From contig JAEOSI010000036.1 in NCBI GenBank assembly GCA_016840425.1, positions 1-13,373 on the forward strand: a DNA stretch of 13,373 nt. The letters are read 5' to 3'. Of this stretch, positions 7,491 to 13,373 are shown in pieces (the first letter of the stretch is position 1; each line of letters starts with the position of its first letter). The notes beneath the pieces are model-generated. The model saw nothing but the letters and a program-made list of their open reading frames with translations. It had not been told where the DNA came from and did no database searches. The DNA is from Candidatus Wukongarchaeum yapensis. Its GTDB lineage: Archaea; Asgardarchaeota; Wukongarchaeia; Wukongarchaeales; Wukongarchaeaceae. The position numbers were made by a program, and so were the translations under genes.

Positions 7491-7505
7491 CGGAGGTCCA
7501 CCTAA
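7491..7505. promoter_or_regulatory. 15-bp divergent spacer carrying an SD on each strand
   Basis: + strand GGAGGT lies 8 nt before ATG 7506. Minus strand AGGTG(G) lies about 7 nt before ATG 7490. Confidence 0.65.
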
Positions 7506-7844
7506 ATGAATCCAACTTTACGTGAAAAGATTCAAAAACTAAGTACTGGTGATAAAATATACTACATTAAGGTAGGCTTAGCCTCTATAGCTGGAACTAT
7601 ATGCGCTGTTTTAAATATCACTAACTTTCCTGGTTTTATTATAGCAGCCTTCTTTTTATCTATTCCATTTTTATTAGTCAAAATGAACGTATTAGTCCTT
7701 GAGATGGCAGAGGAGGTAAAAGGGAACAAGCAAATATTTAAAGAAACTGTTTTAAAAAACGGGTTTTTTACGTTTTTTTTCGTATTTATGGTGGTATGGG
7801 CATTTATATGGAATATAATTTCTAGTAATGCAAAAAAACTTTAA
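7506..7844 (+). CDS. Three-TM EMC6/RAB5IF(OPTI)-family membrane protein
   Basis: Three hydrophobic segments (IYYIKVGLASIAGTICAVLNI; FPGFIIAAFFLSIPFLLV; GFFTFFFVFMVVWAFIWNII). The C-terminal K.GF.T.F..FMV.W pattern matches my recollection of RAB5IF (KEGFMTSFALFMVIW), and the GFI in TM2 matches EMC6. Confidence 0.65.
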   Translation: MNPTLREKIQKLSTGDKIYYIKVGLASIAGTICAVLNITNFPGFIIAAFFLSIPFLLVKMNVLVLEMAEEVKGNKQIFKETVLKNGFFTFFFVFMVVWAFIWNIISSNAKKL

Positions 7845-8035
7845 AAAGTTTAAAAAATTCACATATTTTTAGAAATCATTTATTATTTTTTTCAATTGAT
7901 TTTGTAATAAATTCAAATTATTGGTAAGGAATAATTAAAAAATTGGAACAACTACCGTTACTTTTTGCGAAAAATTAAAAAAGAATTTAAAGCTTACTTT
8001 TAGCTGAATCTTTAGAAGATAAAAATGGGATAAAA

Positions 8036-8554
8036 ATGGATGAACTTGAGATAGATGAATTAGATTTAAAAATATTGCAAATTTTGTATGAGGACTCAAG
8101 AACCGCTTTTACAGAAATAGCTAGGATATTGGATGTTCCAGACACAACGGTTCATTTTCGTGTAAAAAAAATGAAAAAACAGGGAATTATTAGCAGATTC
8201 ACCATAAATATTCCACCGCAAAAATTAGGTTTTGAACATATGGCTCTACTGATTATAGATCTTGAAGAGCTCGCAATACCTGCCATCTCTAAAAAACGAA
8301 CAGAGGATTTTTGCGTAAAATTTGCTGAGGAAAAGGAGATAAGGTTTGTAGCACTTGATGAAAGCGGCTCAAAGATTGTCATGATGACAATTGGAAAAAC
8401 TATGGAGGAAATCGAGGAATTTATAACAGGCATTAGAAAAATTCCTGACGTTGAAAGTGTTAAAGTAGAAAAACTTATTAAGATTTTCAAGGGTTTAGAA
8501 TTTACTATTCCGCCTCTTAAAGAAAAAGAAATACTAATAAGTAAAGAAACATGA
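8036..8554 (+). CDS. Lrp/AsnC-family transcriptional regulator
   Basis: IDELDLKILQILYEDSRTAFTEIARILDVPDTTVHFRVKKMKKQGIISRFTINI is the Lrp wHTH, followed by a C-terminal RAM-like domain. Confidence 0.92.
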   Translation: MDELEIDELDLKILQILYEDSRTAFTEIARILDVPDTTVHFRVKKMKKQGIISRFTINIPPQKLGFEHMALLIIDLEELAIPAISKKRTEDFCVKFAEEKEIRFVALDESGSKIVMMTIGKTMEEIEEFITGIRKIPDVESVKVEKLIKIFKGLEFTIPPLKEKEILISKET

Positions 8555-8556
8555 AA

Positions 8557-8562
8557 AGGAGG
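8557..8562 (+). promoter_or_regulatory. Shine-Dalgarno of the KaiC-like gene
   Basis: AGGAGG lies between the Lrp stop (8554) and ATG 8568, which supports an Lrp-KaiC operon. Confidence 0.8.
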
Positions 8563-8567
8563 ATATT

Positions 8568-9308
8568 ATGCTGAAAACTAATAAAAAGGAGAGAGTAAAG
8601 ATAGGAATACCCGGCCTGGATAGTATAGTCCATGGGGGATTCTTGAGGGGATCAAATATACTGATCTCTGGGGGTACAGGCACAGGCAAAACCATTTTTT
8701 GTATGCAATTTTTATACAATGGTGCTACAAAATACGATGAAAATGGGGTTTTTGTCACCCTTGAAGAAAGACCTAAAGAATTAAGAACAGAAGCCGCAAA
8801 ACTAGGGTTCGAGTTTGAAGCCTTAGAAGAGGAAAACAAGCTGATTATTATAGACGCAGCTTCAAGCCGGGCAAGTCTCCCCTCCATGGAAAAATACGCT
8901 GTGCGGAGAGGATTCGATATCAACACCCTCGCCCAAGAAATATACAGGGCAACAAAAGACCTAGGAGCCCATAGAATCGCTATAGATTCCCTATCCGGTT
9001 TAGGCATAAAATTTGAAGGATTATTGGAAATAAGAACAGCCATATTTAAACTCTCAGCCCTTCTAAATGAGTTAGAATGCACATCAGTAATGACAAGCGA
9101 AATACCAGTAAGCAGTTCATGGTCCAGATTCGGCGTCGAAGAATTCATAGCACAAGGAGTTGTAATCCTCTTCCTAGACGAAGAGAAGGGAGAACTGAGA
9201 AGAAGTTTCGTAGTGCGAAAAATGCGGGGAACCAGCCACAGCCTTAAACGTTTCCCCTTCGAGATAACGGATCATGGAATTGTTGTCATGCCTGGTGGGG
9301 AATTATGA
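8568..9308 (+). CDS. Single-domain KaiC/RecA-superfamily ATPase (COG0467)
   Basis: RVKIGIPGLD, Walker A GGTGTGKT, QFLYNG, FVTLEE, Walker B IAIDS, GVEEFIAQGVV, and VRKMRGT.H (Arg finger) followed by PFEITDHGI. Confidence 0.93.
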   Translation: MLKTNKKERVKIGIPGLDSIVHGGFLRGSNILISGGTGTGKTIFCMQFLYNGATKYDENGVFVTLEERPKELRTEAAKLGFEFEALEEENKLIIIDAASSRASLPSMEKYAVRRGFDINTLAQEIYRATKDLGAHRIAIDSLSGLGIKFEGLLEIRTAIFKLSALLNELECTSVMTSEIPVSSSWSRFGVEEFIAQGVVILFLDEEKGELRRSFVVRKMRGTSHSLKRFPFEITDHGIVVMPGGEL

Positions 9309-9435
9309 CTGTAGGTAATATTTGTGACTTTCATTCATAAATACCAGTATTTAAAAAGATTTCACCCCCCAAATTTTCTCTTATTTTTTATCTAACTTTT
9401 TTCTGTTTTTTAGAGTTATTTCTAAGCTTTTTTCG

Positions 9436-10242
9436 GTGTTTTTCGTGGAAAAAGATAATAAAGCGGCTAATAATCGCGTTTTTGAAGGTGATTATGTCAC
9501 TATAGCGCTTGATCAGAAAAGAAAGTGGGTAGTGAGAATAGAAAAAGGGAAGGAATTACATACTCATAAAGGCGTTATAGATTTGGGAAACATCATAGGG
9601 TTAGAGTTTGGTTCAAGAATAAAAAGTTCAGGCGGAACAGTTTTTTACGTTTTCAGACACTCTTTACCAGAAGCTATTTACAAGTTTAAGCGTGCAACCC
9701 AAATAGTCTACCCCAAGGACTATGGTCTCATTTTGATTTTTGGAGAAGTAGTACCTGGAAGTCGTGTTATAGAGGTTGGGGTGGGAAGCGGGGCTTTGAC
9801 GGCGGTAATTGCCACTTATGTAGGACCTTCTGGGAGAGTTTATGGTTATGAGATAAATGAAAAAAATTTGAAAATTGCTGAGAAAAATCTTGAAAAACTT
9901 GGGATTTTAGACGTTGTAGAGTTGAAAATAAAAGATGCAACGGAGGGCTTTGATGAAAAAAACATAGATACTGCTATAGTTGATATGGGCGATCCTTGGG
10001 AGGTGATTCCCAAAGTCTATAATATTTTACTTGGTGGGGGTAATATTGTGGTTTTTGTGCCAACTTTTAATCAGATCGAACGTGTGGTTCAAAGTTTGGA
10101 GGAGAATAATTTTGGCTTTATAAGAGCTGTTGAATGTCTACTTAGAGATATAGAAGTTAAAAGAGGGGCTATTAGGCCTTCTATGAGAATGATTGGTCAC
10201 ACAGGCTTTATAATACACGCTAAAAAACTCGTAAAACATTAA
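9436..10242 (+). CDS. trmI: tRNA (adenine-57/58-N1)-methyltransferase
   Basis: HTHKG, QIVYPKD, SAM motif VIEVGVGSGALT, VYGYE, DMGDPW, PTFNQ and RPSMRMIGHTGFI motifs. GTG start. Confidence 0.95.
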   Translation: MFFVEKDNKAANNRVFEGDYVTIALDQKRKWVVRIEKGKELHTHKGVIDLGNIIGLEFGSRIKSSGGTVFYVFRHSLPEAIYKFKRATQIVYPKDYGLILIFGEVVPGSRVIEVGVGSGALTAVIATYVGPSGRVYGYEINEKNLKIAEKNLEKLGILDVVELKIKDATEGFDEKNIDTAIVDMGDPWEVIPKVYNILLGGGNIVVFVPTFNQIERVVQSLEENNFGFIRAVECLLRDIEVKRGAIRPSMRMIGHTGFIIHAKKLVKH

Positions 10243-10263
10243 ACATTCCCTAAAAGCAATTTT

Positions 10264-11355
10264 CTACGTTTTTTTAATTTTTGGGGGAGTTATAAGTTTG
10301 AGTTTAAGTTTAAGCGGTTTTTTTAAGCGTTTTTTATCTGTTACAAAGAATATTGGTTTTTTCTCTTTTGAGAGTCTTAGTGAGCGCATTTTAGTGCTTT
10401 TTTCAAGGATTTTTCCATGGAATATGATCTCGGGTTCTATCAAGTCATATGCGATGATTAAACGGTAAAGTATCGCCTCTATTGTTTCATCAAGATCAAC
10501 GGGGAAATCTATTTCCTCAAGCTTTATCTTTTCCCCACATACTGGACACCCAGGATTAAGGCTTAATGGCACATAGGTAAACCTTGAAGCTAATCCATCA
10601 TAAAACATGTAGGATCCAAGTGGTGTTCCAAGGCCTTTTATGAGCAGTTTAACAACTTCTTGACTCATTAGACCTCCGATAATCGTTGATAAAGTGCTCA
10701 CCGCGGGAGCAGGAGGTGGAGGAGGTTCTTCTATTTCTCTTTGAGCCTCTCTTTCTTCACCCCAAGGCGTACATGCCTGTGCAACTACCTCTTGAGGGAG
10801 CAGGGGACTACACATTAAACAAGGTGTTTTACCCGGTATAACCACTTGAATCTGCCCCAAAAAACCATCCATTCCCCCGCTTACCATTGGTTTTTTTAAT
10901 CTTACAGCTATTGCGTTTAACCAAAGCCTACCCTCGAAATTATCCAACGCAGAAACAAGAACATCAGCTTTTTTAAAAACATCTTCATCAAGCTCTTCTA
11001 ATCTACGAGCATACCATTTAATTTTCACATCACGGTTCATAGAACGCAAACGATTAGCTACAATCTGAGCCTTCTTTTTTCCCACATCTTTCTCACGAAA
11101 AAGCAATTGACGATTAAGGTTAGAAAAAGCTACGGTGTCCATATCAACCAAAATAAGCTTCCCTACGCCAGATAAAGCTAAATTCACACCAATAAAACTC
11201 CCAATAGCCCCCACCCCTGCAACAAGCACCTTAGCCCTAGTAAGGTCTTCTTGATACCACCCAGCGACACGTTTTTGACGATCATATCTATCTTCCTCGA
11301 ACAACAGAACCACCCTTCCTATTAAGATTTCTACCACTCCAAAGATTTTAAACAT
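10264..11355 (-). CDS. E1-like ubiquitin-like-protein activating enzyme (ThiF adenylation domain, catalytic Cys, C-terminal ubiquitin-fold domain)
   Basis: DRYDRQ, GVGAIG, VDMDTVAFSNLNRQLLF, LDNFEGR, GGMDGFLGQIQV, CLMC179-182, ACT (Cys195), PAVSTLSTIIGG, CPVC270-273, then a beta-grasp-like region at residues ~279-354. The real start is probably GTG 11313 or TTG 11304. Confidence 0.9.
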   Translation of the reverse strand: MFKIFGVVEILIGRVVLLFEEDRYDRQKRVAGWYQEDLTRAKVLVAGVGAIGSFIGVNLALSGVGKLILVDMDTVAFSNLNRQLLFREKDVGKKKAQIVANRLRSMNRDVKIKWYARRLEELDEDVFKKADVLVSALDNFEGRLWLNAIAVRLKKPMVSGGMDGFLGQIQVVIPGKTPCLMCSPLLPQEVVAQACTPWGEEREAQREIEEPPPPPAPAVSTLSTIIGGLMSQEVVKLLIKGLGTPLGSYMFYDGLASRFTYVPLSLNPGCPVCGEKIKLEEIDFPVDLDETIEAILYRLIIAYDLIEPEIIFHGKILEKSTKMRSLRLSKEKKPIFFVTDKKRLKKPLKLKLKLITPPKIKKT

Positions 11356-11620
11356 AATTTTATCACATCATCCCTTCAAAAATTTAACTAAAACTCAACT
11401 ACGACCACCTAAAGAAAGTGGCTCAATTATCCGGTAAAATCCACTTCCTCCGGGAGCTATTATCCAATTTAATTCTCATTCATATTTGAGAAAAATAAAT
11501 CGACAACTATTTACCAAAAGTTTTTAATAAAACACTATTTAACCTAAAAGGAAGAAGTTATTACAAAGGAAAGATTGTATTATATTGTTTGAATTTGTTT
11601 AAACAGGGGAAATGTAGCCT

Positions 11621-12280
11621 ATGGAGCCTAAGTCCCCAGTCATGGAAAAAAGGCATACCCTAAAAGACAAAGACCCTAATAAAGAAACTAAAATACCAGA
11701 AAAAACGGAACTTATAAATGAATTTTCTAAAATCCATGAGAAAATATTGCTACTAGCTTTAAGAGAAGAAATTCAAAGAAAAACAGACCCAGAAAGCTTG
11801 AACAAGCAACTTTATGATTATACAACTTTTCTTAAGATCCAAAAAAATACTGTAAAACGAGTGTTAAACCAAATTCAGTCATGGTTCGATGAACGTGCTT
11901 TCATTCATAAACTTATGATAAATTTTGTTAAAAACCTTCAATACGAGCCTATAGAAACTGTTGTTAGTGAAAAATACGGGAAATTATTCCTTTTAAATGA
12001 TTTTATCGAGTTTATTTCTAATGTTGATAAAAATAGAGAAAAGATCGTAGAGCTGCTTATATCTACTGCAGAACTTGAAAACGTAATAGAAAGTGCAAAA
12101 AGAGACCAAGAGAAAATGGAAAGTTACTTGGAAATCATCGAGTATGATGAAGAGAAAAAGGATTCATTAGTTGAACGCTTCCTGAAATTTTTTGTAAATG
12201 ATAAACTCTCAGAAGCGAGATCAATCATTCAAAAACTAAAGGAAAATTATAAACACTTCATCAAAAAAACTACTTTTTAA
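11621..12280 (+). CDS. Hypothetical protein, predicted mostly alpha-helical
   Basis: 219-codon ORF with genome-like Lys/Glu-rich usage, filling the gap between the E1 and polB genes. No motif recognised. Confidence 0.7.
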   Translation: MEPKSPVMEKRHTLKDKDPNKETKIPEKTELINEFSKIHEKILLLALREEIQRKTDPESLNKQLYDYTTFLKIQKNTVKRVLNQIQSWFDERAFIHKLMINFVKNLQYEPIETVVSEKYGKLFLLNDFIEFISNVDKNREKIVELLISTAELENVIESAKRDQEKMESYLEIIEYDEEKKDSLVERFLKFFVNDKLSEARSIIQKLKENYKHFIKKTTF

Positions 12281-12311
12281 CTTTAAACGTATTTTCAGTT
12301 TTTTACTGTTT

Positions 12312-13373
12312 TTAGACGAAAGTATCTAGGCTTGTAAGGCCTAAAACTTCTGTAAAGCTTATACCTAAAGAGTCTAAAACTTGGCTGAAAGTTGTTTGTA
12401 TGTGCTCCTTGTATTTTGGGACATCGATTTCATATTTGTTTGCTTGGCTTATAGGTACCACTGTTTGGGATCCTTTTACTTTCACAAAGTTTATTATATC
12501 GCCCCTCTTAATCGTTCTTCCTGATTGTTCTAAAAGCTTGGCTGCCTTCACATGCTGGGGGGTTGTTTTTACATACTCTGCTGGTGCTTTACTGAGCTGG
12601 ACCGTGAAAGAGAGATCTTCATAGGAGTATTTTCCATTTTCGAGTTTCCGGTAACATTTTCTAACTATTTCCCTTATCTTTTCTTTTGCTTTTTCAAACT
12701 CCTCTATAGAAGTTACTTTTCCAAGTTCTTCGAGCATGGTATAAAAGGCTTCTCTTAAGAATTTCGGCGTGTTTCGCTTCTTACCCATAAGGCCTTTAAC
12801 GTCCACATAACCATCTTCATGAACGCCTAAATAATTCTTTTTCCGCGCGCTTAATGCCACATATCGATAAACTTTATCTACCTCAAGATCCAACCCTAAC
12901 TCTTTGCGACACCATTTAATCAAGCCATTAATTTGTTCAGTTGTGGGGTTTTCAATGAACAGCGAGTCAGTGTCACCGTAAAGAACCTTGATACCGATTT
13001 CTTCTGCTCTTTTTATTGTTTGAGTTATAGCGTATCTACCGATGGCGGTAGTGCTTTCAGCAACGGGAGGACAATAGAGAGGAAAAGTTTCCGCTCCGAA
13101 AACGCCATAACTTGCGTTTACAAAAACTTTTACCGAACGTTCTACCACAGAATAAAGTTCCCTTTGCGATTGCATCAACCCTTTATCCTTGGACTTAGGC
13201 TTGAACCAAAGAACCCTTATATCCCTTAGAAAGCCGATTATTAATGACATGATTCCATCATTTTTCTCGCAAACCCAATGGGAGGTATCTGGCACTTTTT
13301 CTTTTCTACAATCTGGATGGGAACAATTAACTGTCTCGTAAGAAAGATTATAGGTCTTGATTATGCTTGGATA
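12312..13373 (-). CDS. polB: Family B DNA polymerase, archaeal B1-type, C-terminal part (5' partial)
   Basis: The frame is open to the right edge: YPSIIKTYNLSYETVNC...HWVC (B1-type), KVFVNASYGVFG, YGDTDS, RKKNYLG, DVKGL, PQHVKAA. It ends with a PIP-box-like TSLDTFV. The track start at 13295 is internal. Confidence 0.96.
   Translation of the reverse strand, partial: YPSIIKTYNLSYETVNCSHPDCRKEKVPDTSHWVCEKNDGIMSLIIGFLRDIRVLWFKPKSKDKGLMQSQRELYSVVERSVKVFVNASYGVFGAETFPLYCPPVAESTTAIGRYAITQTIKRAEEIGIKVLYGDTDSLFIENPTTEQINGLIKWCRKELGLDLEVDKVYRYVALSARKKNYLGVHEDGYVDVKGLMGKKRNTPKFLREAFYTMLEELGKVTSIEEFEKAKEKIREIVRKCYRKLENGKYSYEDLSFTVQLSKAPAEYVKTTPQHVKAAKLLEQSGRTIKRGDIINFVKVKGSQTVVPISQANKYEIDVPKYKEHIQTTFSQVLDSLGISFTEVLGLTSLDTFV

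Noticed and set aside
8568-9308. Circadian-clock KaiC or DNA-repair RadA/RadB
   Set aside because: It is a single domain with no S/T phospho-sites and no kaiA/kaiB. It lacks the RadA N-terminal HhH domain, so it fits the generic COG0467 family.
11396-11479. Minus-strand frame ending ...LSLGGRS* just upstream of the E1 (possible ubiquitin with GG plus extension; in-frame TGA as possible Sec)
   Set aside because: Only 26 codons follow the TGA, there is no start codon, another stop lies shortly upstream, and there is no beta-grasp pattern or SECIS.
3014-13229. Nested antisense ORFs in the track (3014, 3384, 3406, 3987, 4081, 4987, 5997, 6796, 8152, 8534, 12400, 12552, 12933)
   Set aside because: All are shadows on the opposite strand of well-supported genes and show no independent motifs.

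Overview
AT-rich archaeal housekeeping region. A B1-type DNA polymerase, a UBA3-like E1 enzyme, an EMC6/RAB5IF-family membrane protein and AGGAGGTG-type Shine-Dalgarno sites point to an Asgard or TACK archaeon; this is inferred, not proven. Left to right: the 3' end of an unknown gene (+); an intron-containing tRNA-Cys(GCA) (-); a minus-strand run of an HTH/Zn-ribbon regulator, an AMMECR1-family protein, a motif-degenerate Hel308/Ski2-like RecA1 domain, a Mut7-C PIN RNase, dihydroorotase, a 4xCBS protein and Rqc2/NEMF; then plus-strand EMC6/OPTI-like, Lrp/AsnC, single-domain KaiC-like ATPase and TrmI genes; an E1-like enzyme (-); an unknown helical protein (+); and the C-terminal part of PolB (-). 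A ~140-bp IS200/IS605 remnant (tnpB tail plus right end) sits on the + strand at ~2466-2606. The most interesting items are (1) a minimal eukaryote-type E1 with a catalytic-Cys 'CT' motif and a C-terminal ubiquitin-fold domain but no adjacent Ub/E2 gene; (2) an OPTI/EMC6-like gene head-to-head with rqc2 across a 15-bp spacer holding an SD on each strand; (3) an IS remnant trimmed to about the omegaRNA scaffold; (4) a stand-alone, apparently inactive helicase domain; and (5) two GC-rich self-complementary intergenic segments that may be ncRNAs. All family calls come from motif recognition by eye, and reference sequences are recalled from memory. No database search was run.
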